Part shown: in pieces, positions 8,662 to 17,420 of the stretch
Numbering within the stretch: the stretch's first letter is position 1
How the letters are laid out: the number at the start of each line of letters is the position of its first letter
NCBI GenBank assembly: GCA_009777955.1
Contig: WRKW01000001.1
Span: forward strand, 162,309-226,308
DNA from: Alphaproteobacteria bacterium
GTDB lineage: Bacteria; Pseudomonadota; Alphaproteobacteria; Rs-D84
Length of the DNA stretch: 64,000 nucleotides
Direction of reading: 5' to 3'
Translations under genes and position numbers: made by a program
The notes under the pieces: generated by a model
Told to the model about the DNA's origin: nothing
Database searches by the model: none
Seen by the model: the letters and a program-made list of their open reading frames with translations, nothing else

Positions 8662-10350
8662 ATGAAAGATTTATCCAAAGAACTATTTAATCCGCTGTCT
8701 GGCGAAGATTTTGGCCAGATGTTTACCCAATCATATGGCACCCAGGAAACACTGCAGGGATACGCCACCAAAGGTACCGTAAAAGATATCGTAAGCGACT
8801 TTGTACTGGTTGATGTCGGCCTTAAATCCGAAGGTCGTGTGCAGATGCGCGAATTCGGGGCATCGGTGCCAAAGGTTGGCGATATCATAGACGTGTTTAT
8901 CGAACGTTATGAATCTCGCGATGGTTCCGCAGTGCTGTCTTATACAAAGGCTCGTGCTGAAAAAGCCTGGAAAGACCTGGAAAAGGCTGTCGCAGAAGGC
9001 AGTGATCCCGAAGGTACAATTATGGAAGTCGTACGTGGCGGATATACCGTAGATCTGGGCGGAGTCTTTGCATTCATGCCATCTTCCCAAGCAGACCATC
9101 GTCCGATACGCGATGCAAAGTCGCTGGTTGGCGTTACAGACAAATTCCGTGTTTTGAAAATGGATGCATTGCGTACAAATGCCATTGTTTCACGTCGCGC
9201 AATCCAGGCAGATTCTATTGCTGCGACCCAGAAAGAGGCAATGAAAAATATCGCTCTGGGTGCCGTTATTTCCGGTACCGTCAAGAATATAACCGATTAT
9301 GGGGTTTTTGTAGATTTGGGTGGTATTGATGGATTGCTGCATGTTACGGATCTTTCTTGGAAGCGTGTCAACCATCCGCGCGAGCTTGTAAAAGTCGGCC
9401 AAAAGATAAATGTAAAGATTATCCAATTTGATCCTGAATCACATCGTATTTCATTGGGTATGAAGCAGCTTGAAGAGGACCCGTGGGATACCGCATCACG
9501 TGCATTCAATGTCGGCGACACTGTATCCGGAAAGGTTTCCAGTATTACGGATTATGGTGCGTTCGTGGATCTTGGCAATGGTATCGAGGGACTTATCCAT
9601 ATGTCCGAGTTGTCTTGGACCAACAAGAATGTTCATCCGTCGAAGATTTTGTCCAGTGCCCAAGAGATACAAATTGTTATACTGGGCATAGACCAGGATA
9701 AGCGTCGAATTTCGCTGGGATATAAACAGACCCAAAAAAATCCGTGGAAAGAATTTGCGGAAAGCCACAATGTCGGCGACATCGTTACAGGCCCAATAAA
9801 GAATACGACAGAATTTGGTTTGTTCGTAGAACTTACATCTACGTTGGACGGAATGGTACACATATCTGATCTATCATGGGACAAGCTGGACGAAGAAGAA
9901 CTGAAAAAATTCGTTCGTGGCCAGGAAATTACCGCAAAAATTCTGGACATCAATCCTGAAAAGGAGCGTATCACCCTTGGTATCAAACAGCTTACAGAAG
10001 GTAGCGATAGCAAGCGGGTATCTGTGAAAAAGGGTGCGATTGTCCGTGGCACAGTGTCCGAAGTATCTATTGATGAACTGGTAATAGACCTTGGCAATAG
10101 TGTCAGGGGTATTATCCGCCGCACTGACCTGTCGATGAACAAGGATGAACAAAATACATCAAAGTACAAAGTTGGCGATTCCGTAGAAGCATCGGTTGTA
10201 TCGGTTGAAGAAGATATTGTTAAATTGTCGATACGCTCGTTACAAGCGGCAATGGAAAAACAGGCTGTTAAGGACTATGCCAAATCCTCTGATTCCGGCG
10301 CAGTCTTGGGCGACATATTGGGTGCGGCATTCGACAATGCATCAAAGTGA
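8662..10350 (+). CDS. rpsA: 30S ribosomal protein S1.
   Basis: The 562-aa protein has repeated S1 domains (GxV.GxV..I.DYGAFVDLGG..GLLHVSE repeated several times), typical of rpsA. Confidence 0.95.
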   Translation: MKDLSKELFNPLSGEDFGQMFTQSYGTQETLQGYATKGTVKDIVSDFVLVDVGLKSEGRVQMREFGASVPKVGDIIDVFIERYESRDGSAVLSYTKARAEKAWKDLEKAVAEGSDPEGTIMEVVRGGYTVDLGGVFAFMPSSQADHRPIRDAKSLVGVTDKFRVLKMDALRTNAIVSRRAIQADSIAATQKEAMKNIALGAVISGTVKNITDYGVFVDLGGIDGLLHVTDLSWKRVNHPRELVKVGQKINVKIIQFDPESHRISLGMKQLEEDPWDTASRAFNVGDTVSGKVSSITDYGAFVDLGNGIEGLIHMSELSWTNKNVHPSKILSSAQEIQIVILGIDQDKRRISLGYKQTQKNPWKEFAESHNVGDIVTGPIKNTTEFGLFVELTSTLDGMVHISDLSWDKLDEEELKKFVRGQEITAKILDINPEKERITLGIKQLTEGSDSKRVSVKKGAIVRGTVSEVSIDELVIDLGNSVRGIIRRTDLSMNKDEQNTSKYKVGDSVEASVVSVEEDIVKLSIRSLQAAMEKQAVKDYAKSSDSGAVLGDILGAAFDNASK

Positions 10351-10384
10351 TTCATACCGGTTCCGTTATTCTCGAATGTCATTT

Positions 10385-10446
10385 TGGTATGGCTTATAAT
10401 TTAAACGGCTCTTCTTCAAGAGCCGTTTAAATTATAAGCCATACCA
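10385..10446. terminator. Bidirectional intrinsic terminator, a 62-nt near-perfect palindrome between convergent rpsA and mpg.
   Basis: The sequence tggtatggcttataatttaaacggctcttcttcaagagccgtttaaattataagccatacca is a perfect inverted repeat with a 4-nt loop. It lies between the convergent 3' ends of rpsA (+) and the glycosylase gene (-). Confidence 0.6.
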
Positions 10447-10475
10447 GAAAGCCATGGTATGCAAAAATCGGGCAA

Positions 10476-11069
10476 TTAAATCGCCTTGCTTATAAATTTG
10501 CTTCCCTTTATTGCAAACCGCCAGGGCAAAGCGGCATCTTCACCGGCATATTCAACGCCTATACGGGTGCCGATTGCGATTTCCATTGGTGCGATTGGTG
10601 TGGTTGCCGATTCCAACCAGATCTTGTCGCTTTCCAAATCAATCCCATTATGTTTTGTGGATATGCCCATTGCTACGGTCAGCTTGGCCGGGCCATTGCA
10701 TAGATTACGGGTATCATTTATTCCGCGTCTTGCTATCATAATATCAATACCTTTCAGCGGTTCCAGTGCACGGATAAGTATTGCGTTCGGTTGACCCGTG
10801 TCGCTGATTACCACGTTAAACATGTTGTGCATTCCGTAAACAAAATAAACATAAGCTTGACCTCCGGATTCAAACATTACGGCATTGCGCTGGGTCTTTC
10901 CTTTGAAGGCGTGGCATGCCCGATCGCAATTACCCATATATAGTTCAAGTTCGACAATTCGTCCGGCGGTAAGTCGTCCGCCTATGCGAGAATATAATGT
11001 TGCGCCCAATAAAACCGTGCGTGCGACCACAAAAGGGTCTTTTAAAAATTCTGCTTTTGGTATTTTCAT
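10476..11069 (-). CDS. mpg: DNA-3-methyladenine glycosylase (Mpg/AAG family).
   Basis: The 197-aa protein carries AAG-family motifs (GRIVELELYMG...DRACHAFKG.T.RN.VMF..GG.AYVYFVYGMH.MFNVV, ...LIRALEP). Confidence 0.8.
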   Translation of the reverse strand: MKIPKAEFLKDPFVVARTVLLGATLYSRIGGRLTAGRIVELELYMGNCDRACHAFKGKTQRNAVMFESGGQAYVYFVYGMHNMFNVVISDTGQPNAILIRALEPLKGIDIMIARRGINDTRNLCNGPAKLTVAMGISTKHNGIDLESDKIWLESATTPIAPMEIAIGTRIGVEYAGEDAALPWRFAIKGSKFISKAI

Positions 11070-11218
11070 ATAAAAATGAGTTTAGTCATACGATGATTAT
11101 ATTTCAATGTAAAAAAGATAATTTTTAGGCTCAAGTATCAGTAATGTACCTTTTGGTACACACAAAGTGCTATGAAATATTGTTTTTATACTGTATTGTT
11201 CCAAAAACGGAGTTATAA

Positions 11219-11584
11219 ATGACGATTCATAATATGCATTTGCATGCGGAACCGTTTGCACAGTTCAAGTCTGGTAAGAAAAAGATTGAGCTTCGAGTAA
11301 ATGACCCTAAAAGACAAGCAGTAGAACTTGGTGATGGAATCATATTCACTTCCAGAGAGTCGGGACAAAAATTGGCATTCAAGGTTATCGGTCGTGTTTT
11401 GTTCAGAGATTTTGAAACACTTGTAGATTACTTGGGCGGGGATAAATGCGGGTTTACCAAAGATTCGCCCACAGGATATAAGAAAGAATGGATGGGAAAT
11501 ATCTACTCTAAAGCGGATGTAGAAAAATACGGCGCTTTGGGTATAGTTGTAGAACCTGTCGTTGACTCTTGCAAAAACATCTGA
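11219..11584 (+). CDS. ASCH/PUA-like domain protein.
   Basis: The 121-aa protein has an N-terminal motif HAEPFAQFKSGKKKIELR, typical of ASCH domain proteins (basic residues after a beta-strand). Confidence 0.5.
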   Translation: MTIHNMHLHAEPFAQFKSGKKKIELRVNDPKRQAVELGDGIIFTSRESGQKLAFKVIGRVLFRDFETLVDYLGGDKCGFTKDSPTGYKKEWMGNIYSKADVEKYGALGIVVEPVVDSCKNI

Positions 11585-11618
11585 AAAAGTACATTCCTGA
11601 CACGTGGGCTAATTTTTA

Positions 11619-13658
11619 TTAGAATTTTATTCTCATTCCAATGTTCAGGGCGTATGATTCATAGGCATTTCCGAATTCCAATGTAAAGTCGCCATAAGCG
11701 TAAGAGCTTTGTGTCATACGAACATTCGTGCCGATGGATATATCAAAGCCGGCTCCGCCGATATCAGAATCCATGTAAACCCCTGCGAAATTCATTTTTG
11801 TATTCCCCAGCCATTCGTTATAGATTCCTGCTTCGATGAATGGCCGCCATACTGAATCGGTTCCTTCGACCAGATAAGTTGCCTGCAGTGCCAACCGGGT
11901 GTCGAAACTGTGCGTATCGTCGAAAGTTATAACATCACCAAAGCTTGTTTTATGTGAAGAGCCAAGCCCCAACGAATATCGGGCTTCGACTTTTGGTTCC
12001 CACATTATCAGCGATATTTCGCGTTTTCCGAATTGTGCGAACGAAGGTGCATAGTGCCACATGGAACGACCGCTTTCGACACTTGTAGATATAAAGTTGC
12101 GCATCGCACGATGTTCTATATCATGGCCGCTGCTGGACACATTATTTAAATTTGTTTCTACCCAAAAATTACGGAACGTGGCATCGACGAACCATCCGGA
12201 TTTGTGCATCCAGGTTGCGTATGTTCCTATGTTGGGGATGGATGCGTCACCGCTTCCGTAAAACTTGTTTGTCTGTTTGATTTTTACACTATCGGAATAC
12301 ATTATTCCGCCCATAATTCCTACATATAGTTCACTATTATGTAATTTTCGCGAAATGTCTATTCCGCTCTCTGTCCCGACCAAACCAATTCTTGTGCTGA
12401 TCGTATCGTTAACGTTTAAGTATTTCCCATAAGAACGGATCCATAGGCCTGCCTGCTTTTCTTTATTTTCGCTGCGCAAATTTCCCAGACGTTTGCGCAA
12501 CTCATTCATTCCGGATTTCACTATGTACAGGTGCATCGCTGGAACATTGGCGATTGTTTTTGCCGTGTTCGTAAGTTGCGCCGTGTTATTTGATGGATCT
12601 GGCGACATGTTCGTTGTCAGGTACCAGTTATCGTCACTACCCTGAACCAAGCCATATTCCAATGCGCCGACATCAATTACTTTACCCGCTAACGAGAATT
12701 TTGAAGTTTTTACAATGGCATCGGTCAGATCTACAACCAGTATTCCATTGGCATCCTTTGGGGTTCGGGTTTCGCTAAAGCCCGTTGGGGTAATAAACAA
12801 AGTTGCGTTACCGGTCGCGCTTCCAGTAAGTACAAGCTTGTCCGATTTATTACCTTTGTCGTCAAAGTATGTATTAAGAAAAATATTCCCACCGTTCGCT
12901 GTCCAGTTTTCAACTGTCAAAGTATTGTATTGGCCGGAAATCGATCGCAGATCGATATTCGCGCCACCTGATATTGAAAGGTTATTTATGGATAATGTGT
13001 CGTAAAAGTGAATTGTTCCGCCAGATATTACATTGCGACCCGCAAAAAAGTTTGTTGTATATACTCTGGTTACGCCGCCGGTTTGTGTGAATGTTCCATT
13101 AAAGTTATTGTTGATGGAACTGGATTGCAAAACAAGTTCCCCATTTCCTGATTTATTTATATAGCTGTTGTTATCTCCGACATTGGAAATTCCGCCATAA
13201 AAAATAACTTGGCCAGAGTTGCCATTTATATTGAGATGACTGTCGCCCGAACCAAACAGGCTGAACAATGCGATGTCGTTCAACCCTGTTGAGTCTGAAT
13301 TTTCTTTGAATATGGTTGTATCATCGTTTGCTGTTTGTATCGTTATTGTGCCAGAGCTTAAATATATCGCGCCACCCCGTTCATCCGTATGGCGATTTTC
13401 GAATTTGTCGCCGCCCGATATACTGAATGTGCCACCATTTATGCAAAAGCGTCCGCCGCTGCCGTTGGTGCAGCTGAATGCAGCATTAAAATTCATGATG
13501 AACAGTATGGAACAAAGCGTTTTTACAAAAAATTTTCCCCGCGCCAAGGCTGGTCTTTTTTGTACCGAATGACGCTTGGTTATGAAACGATAAAAAAAAT
13601 GTGGCATTTTCAGCGTCATAATGCAAAGCATTATATCATAATTACCGGTTTCTATCAA
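11619..13658 (-). CDS. Autotransporter outer membrane protein with Pmp-like (GGAI) passenger repeats. The start is uncertain among the first roughly 20 codons.
   Basis: The N-terminal signal reads KTLCSILFIMNFNAAFS. The passenger is rich in Asn/Gly/Thr/Ser with GGAIY, FxxN and INGNSG motifs. The C-terminal roughly 280-aa beta-domain has alternating hydrophobic residues and a terminal ...GMRIKF. Confidence 0.65.
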   Translation of the reverse strand: MIETGNYDIMLCIMTLKMPHFFYRFITKRHSVQKRPALARGKFFVKTLCSILFIMNFNAAFSCTNGSGGRFCINGGTFSISGGDKFENRHTDERGGAIYLSSGTITIQTANDDTTIFKENSDSTGLNDIALFSLFGSGDSHLNINGNSGQVIFYGGISNVGDNNSYINKSGNGELVLQSSSINNNFNGTFTQTGGVTRVYTTNFFAGRNVISGGTIHFYDTLSINNLSISGGANIDLRSISGQYNTLTVENWTANGGNIFLNTYFDDKGNKSDKLVLTGSATGNATLFITPTGFSETRTPKDANGILVVDLTDAIVKTSKFSLAGKVIDVGALEYGLVQGSDDNWYLTTNMSPDPSNNTAQLTNTAKTIANVPAMHLYIVKSGMNELRKRLGNLRSENKEKQAGLWIRSYGKYLNVNDTISTRIGLVGTESGIDISRKLHNSELYVGIMGGIMYSDSVKIKQTNKFYGSGDASIPNIGTYATWMHKSGWFVDATFRNFWVETNLNNVSSSGHDIEHRAMRNFISTSVESGRSMWHYAPSFAQFGKREISLIMWEPKVEARYSLGLGSSHKTSFGDVITFDDTHSFDTRLALQATYLVEGTDSVWRPFIEAGIYNEWLGNTKMNFAGVYMDSDIGGAGFDISIGTNVRMTQSSYAYGDFTLEFGNAYESYALNIGMRIKF

Positions 13659-13866
13659 ATATTTAAGTAACTTGATTAAGAAAAAGTTAGATGCTTTATT
13701 GTATAAAAACAGTACTAACTATTGGGTAGAAGGGTTTGAAACAATAATGATTCATGATTGTTAAAATCAGGTTGGAAATCAAAATTTTCAATCAACAATA
13801 AATAATTCCGGCCTTTGGCTGGTATTTCCCAAAAGAAAAGGGTATTGGGTGTATATTTTTAAGTTC

Positions 13867-14217
13867 TTACTGATCTTTAAATTTAAGAGAATCGTTTTTA
13901 ATCGCCAGATATTTTTGACCCCAATCGCCCATAACATCAAGAATTTTGGCCAAGTCATGTGCAAGGTCTGTCATGGAATATTCGACGCGCGGGGGAACTT
14001 CTGCATATACCTGTCTGGATACCAGGCCGTCGGCTTCGAGAGATCTAAGACTTTGTGTCAGCATCTTTTGGCTGATACCGTCAATTTTTTTCAGAATATC
14101 GCTGAATCTGCGAACGCCTTGCGAAAGCTCCCACAATATAAGCAGTTTCCACTTGCTGTCAATAAGATTGACAGTAACTTCGGCAGGACATATATGAGCA
14201 TTTTTAACAGGCGACAT
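13867..14217 (-). CDS. HxlR family transcriptional regulator.
   Basis: Taken from the internal ATG. The product reads CPAEVTVNLIDSKWKLLILWELSQGVRRFSDILKKIDGISQKMLTQSLRSLEADGLVSR..YAEVPPRVEYSMT, the canonical HxlR/MarR-like wHTH signature (C..E..L.L.G.KW...IL..L..G..RF.EL.R.i.gis.k.Lt..Lr.LE..G...R). Confidence 0.75.
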   Translation of the reverse strand: MSPVKNAHICPAEVTVNLIDSKWKLLILWELSQGVRRFSDILKKIDGISQKMLTQSLRSLEADGLVSRQVYAEVPPRVEYSMTDLAHDLAKILDVMGDWGQKYLAIKNDSLKFKDQ

Positions 14218-14682
14218 GCTTTTTCCTTTTCTTTGTTTTATGTATGGCTTTAAACGCCATTTTAAAAAGGGTCTGATATTTATTGTGATCACAATGACTG
14301 TGAATCGCATTAAATATATTTTGTCGCTTCCTTGATTTTGATCAAGGAAAGGTATTTTGAGATACCAATGATCGGGCCTCTAAACCCAACTTTAAGTCAC
14401 TTGAATGATATAACACTCTTAAAAAAAATTCAAGTAATTTTATCCTTTAAAAACCCGCAAAGGAAACCTTTTGGTATTATTAAGACAAAAAATAAACCAA
14501 TATAATCAAAGATTTAGTCTGTGTGTTGCTTTTGCTGATTCGGTATTTGGGGTGCGATGCGGATAATGTAATTCGGATATTTCCAGTATAAAAAATACTG
14601 TTTATTATTTCCGGGTCGGGGGCAAAAATATAAAGCACCAAACTGAAACACAGTTGTGTGATATGGCGGGTTCTATAATACA

Positions 14683-14712
14683 TAAAAAAGACCTATTGAA
14701 GTCAATAGGTCT
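14683..14712 (-). terminator. Intrinsic terminator immediately downstream of the tRNA-Lys gene.
   Basis: On the minus strand, the hairpin agacctattga-cttc-aataggtct is followed by a T-run, right after the tRNA CCA end at 14718. Confidence 0.55.
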
Positions 14713-14717
14713 GAAAC

Positions 14718-14984
14718 TGGTGGACGCAGTAGGATTCGAACCTACGACCCACTGATTACTTTACCACTTCAATTTTCATTGCCCCTTATGGGTTCGTGGT
14801 CTGGACTATGTCTTCAACCTTTCGGTTGGTCGGTGTATAGTCTCTACACTCGGTTTTTCAACCTAGCTCGGTGTTGCCATTTTACAGGGTTCGCCGAATT
14901 AGCCGACTTTTTCAATCAAGATTTCTCTTGAAAGCTCCTAATCTAGTCAAGAGTCAGTTGCTCTACCAACTGAGCTATGCATCC
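14718..14984 (-). tRNA. tRNA-Lys(CUU) gene interrupted in the anticodon loop by a group I intron. Exon 1 is 14950..14984 and exon 2 is 14718..14758.
   Basis: The minus strand reads GGATGCATAGCTCAGTTGGTAGAGCAACTGACTCT | intron | TAATCAGTGGGTCGTAGGTTCGAATCCTACTGCGTCCACCA. The acceptor stem GGATGCA/TGCGTCC pairs perfectly. The D-arm is GCTCAGTTGGTAGAGC, the anticodon stem is ACTGA/TCAGT, and the spliced loop CUCUUAA gives anticodon CUU. The T-arm is GTAGGTTCGAATCCTAC. Confidence 0.75.
14759..14949 (-). ncRNA. Group I (IC3-like) self-splicing intron within tRNA-Lys, 191 nt.
   Basis: The intron follows a U and ends in G (omega-G). The 5' exon and intron start CUCUUGA pair with the internal guide UCAAGAG. 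The core matches the Azoarcus tRNA-Ile intron almost word for word: AAUUCGGCGAA.CC, AUGGCAAC.CCGAGC, GUGUAGAGACUA.AC and CCGAAAGG. Confidence 0.75.
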
Positions 14985-15088
14985 AGTGCGTCGCATTATA
15001 TCCCAAAAATTGCCGGACGCAAGCGGTTTTTTGTATTGCCAGTTGATACAAAAATCTCTAAGATAAGCCGGAAACAAAAGGGGCATGA

Positions 15089-16408
15089 ATGAAAGTTCAT
15101 TTTGTCGGAATCAACGGATCGGGCGCAAGCGGGGTCGCAATCGCCGCCGCAAAAATGGGTTTCCAGGTAAGTGGATGTGATCATTCTGCGGATACTCCAT
15201 ATTCAGCCCAAATTGCCGGTGCCGGAATTCCGGTAATAATCGGTCACGACGCGGCGCATGTTGATGATGCAGATATAGTAACGGCATCGCCGGCTTTGAC
15301 AACGCAGTCAGAAAACATTCCTGAAATTGCTGCTGCCGCTGCTGCTGGTAAACTTATGAAGTGGCAGGAATTCTTGGGCAAATACATATTGCCGGGTCGA
15401 AAGCTTATTGCTGTATGCGGCACCCATGGTAAAACCACGACCAGTGCTATGGTTGCCCATATCCTTGAATATGCGGGTCTTGATCCTACTGCTTTTATTG
15501 GGGCGATCGTACCTGCTTGGAATTCTTCCAACAGATTTGGTGCATCGGACTGGACGGTGCTGGAAGCCGATGAATACGCGAATAATTTCGAATCATATCG
15601 ACCACAAATTACCATACTTAATAATTTGGAAATGGAGCATCCGGAATATTTTCGTGATTATGAACACTATAAAAAAACATTCCGGGATTTTTTGGCGAAT
15701 GCGACCGGGATGTTGATATATAATGCGGATGATGCCGGGGTTTTGGAAGTCATAGACTCTTTTTCCGGTGAAAAAATTCCATTCAGTATACACGGTATTA
15801 AAATTACGGCCGATGCAAATGGCCAGAGTTTTGACGGATTTGAAATCAAACTATTGGGTGTGCATAATGTAAGCAATGCCATGGCGGCAATTTCCGTCGC
15901 GCGGAAGGTTGGAATAAACGATGATATTATTCGTGACGCGCTTTCTTGTTTTCGTGGTACTGGACACAGGCTGGAAAAGGTTTATGAAAGCACGAAAATT
16001 ACGATTTATGATGATTATGCGCATCATCATACCCAGGCAAAAAAAACGATAGAAGCACTGCGTGCATCATATCCCGATGCGCGGCTTACTGTTGTTTACG
16101 AACCACATCAGATTTCAAGATATACCCAGAATACTGTCGATACATTGGCGGGGCTGTCGGTTGCCGATATGGTTTTTATAATGGAATTTTGGCGTGGTCG
16201 TGAAAGTAACTTATCGCTTCCAGACGTGACTGCTGACATAGAAAGATTTGGTGCGAAAAATATCAGATATATTCCAAACACGGACGAAGTCTTGGCGGTG
16301 GCACTTTCCGATGCGCACAGCACGTCTGGTAAATCTGTAATTCTTGTAATGGGCGCGGGGGCTTCTTGGAAAATAGCAAAGAGACTTAAAGAAGAGTTGG
16401 AGATTTAG
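15089..16408 (+). CDS. mpl: Mur ligase family protein, MurC/Mpl-like. It is probably murein peptide ligase Mpl because it lies outside a dcw cluster.
   Basis: The 439-aa protein has an N-terminal HFVGINGSGASGVAIAA (the MurC/Mpl Rossmann motif), the central ATP-binding P-loop CGTHGKTTTSAM, and a C-terminal Mur ligase domain. Its neighbours are not cell-wall genes. Confidence 0.7.
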   Translation: MKVHFVGINGSGASGVAIAAAKMGFQVSGCDHSADTPYSAQIAGAGIPVIIGHDAAHVDDADIVTASPALTTQSENIPEIAAAAAAGKLMKWQEFLGKYILPGRKLIAVCGTHGKTTTSAMVAHILEYAGLDPTAFIGAIVPAWNSSNRFGASDWTVLEADEYANNFESYRPQITILNNLEMEHPEYFRDYEHYKKTFRDFLANATGMLIYNADDAGVLEVIDSFSGEKIPFSIHGIKITADANGQSFDGFEIKLLGVHNVSNAMAAISVARKVGINDDIIRDALSCFRGTGHRLEKVYESTKITIYDDYAHHHTQAKKTIEALRASYPDARLTVVYEPHQISRYTQNTVDTLAGLSVADMVFIMEFWRGRESNLSLPDVTADIERFGAKNIRYIPNTDEVLAVALSDAHSTSGKSVILVMGAGASWKIAKRLKEELEI

Positions 16409-16418
16409 ATAATATTAT

Positions 16419-17420
16419 TTGTGTAAATATGATATAATCTTTGCCAAGAGAGATTATATTTTGAAAAAATTCCTTTTATTTTTTGTTACAGTTAATGCTT
16501 TGCTATTGTGTCAGGTTTATGCCGATATATTGGCACTGGATATCGCGGTTGCCGAAACGCGGGACAGTTGCAATGGAATTTCTGATGAATTGAAATCATT
16601 ACAGACCATGGCCGGGATAAATACTGCGATTACTGGTATCGGAACAGTTGCCGGTGGTGGTGCTTTGTACGCAGGAATTCAAAAGAAACAATTGGATGAG
16701 AAGGCAAGAGAACTTTGGGAATATATTAAAGATATAGAAGATATGAGTGATGATGCTTTTTTTATGCTTTTAGTAAAATTAGCAAATTATAAAGAAGCAT
16801 CTGAGATTATGGATAAAGAATGGGATGAGGACATACTTAATATGGTAGACACACAATCGAAAAATTTTGGTAATTGGCGGACGGGTTTGATGGCCGGTAA
16901 CACTGCTACAAATATTGCAGGTACTGTGATCGCAAATAAAAACAAAAATGCCGGAAAAGGCATAGTTGTTATGGTAAATTCGTGTTTGGATTCTTTAATA
17001 GGTTTGCGCGCGGCCTGGATGCAAGCGCGATTAGATGGTGCGGATATTGATGATTTGATTCTTGCGCAAAGGATAGTTGATGAATGCGGAAAGTACAACA
17101 TAAGGGATTTGGAAAAAATTCCACGTCGATCCGACATAGCCAAATGGTCTTCGGCGGTGGGTATCGGGACAGGTGCAGCTGGAACCGTAACCAGTGTGGT
17201 TGCGAATACGGAAAATATACGCAATGCAGCACGTGACACACAGGATGGTGTTCATAAAAATGCCTGGGAAAAAGAACAGAATCTGAATACTGCTTCCAAT
17301 ATTCTGGCTGGTGCCAGTACCGTTGCCAGTGGTATTGCAACCGGTTTTAATATTGCAACGATTACTGTGATAAACAAAGCATTGGGTGTCGCGAATAGCT
17401 GTGAATATATGTTGAGATGA
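16419..17420 (+). CDS. Hypothetical secreted protein with Gly/Ala/Thr-rich glycine-zipper-like segments. The start is possibly at an internal TTG near 16461.
   Basis: It has a signal-like segment KKFLLFFVTVNALLLCQVYA and repeated small-residue segments (GINTAITGIGTVAGGGALYAG, AGNTATNIAGTVIAN, AVGIGTGAAGTVTSVVAN, LAGASTVASGIATGFNIATI). Its stop overlaps the start of the downstream protease gene (ATGA). Confidence 0.4.
   Translation: MCKYDIIFAKRDYILKKFLLFFVTVNALLLCQVYADILALDIAVAETRDSCNGISDELKSLQTMAGINTAITGIGTVAGGGALYAGIQKKQLDEKARELWEYIKDIEDMSDDAFFMLLVKLANYKEASEIMDKEWDEDILNMVDTQSKNFGNWRTGLMAGNTATNIAGTVIANKNKNAGKGIVVMVNSCLDSLIGLRAAWMQARLDGADIDDLILAQRIVDECGKYNIRDLEKIPRRSDIAKWSSAVGIGTGAAGTVTSVVANTENIRNAARDTQDGVHKNAWEKEQNLNTASNILAGASTVASGIATGFNIATITVINKALGVANSCEYMLR

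Noticed and set aside
14320-14700. A small ORF at 14480-14683 (67 aa) and possible sRNA in the AT-rich spacer between the HxlR gene and tRNA-Lys.
   Set aside because: The ORF has no RBS and poor composition. The only clear structure is the tRNA terminator hairpin. There is no evidence for a separate RNA gene.
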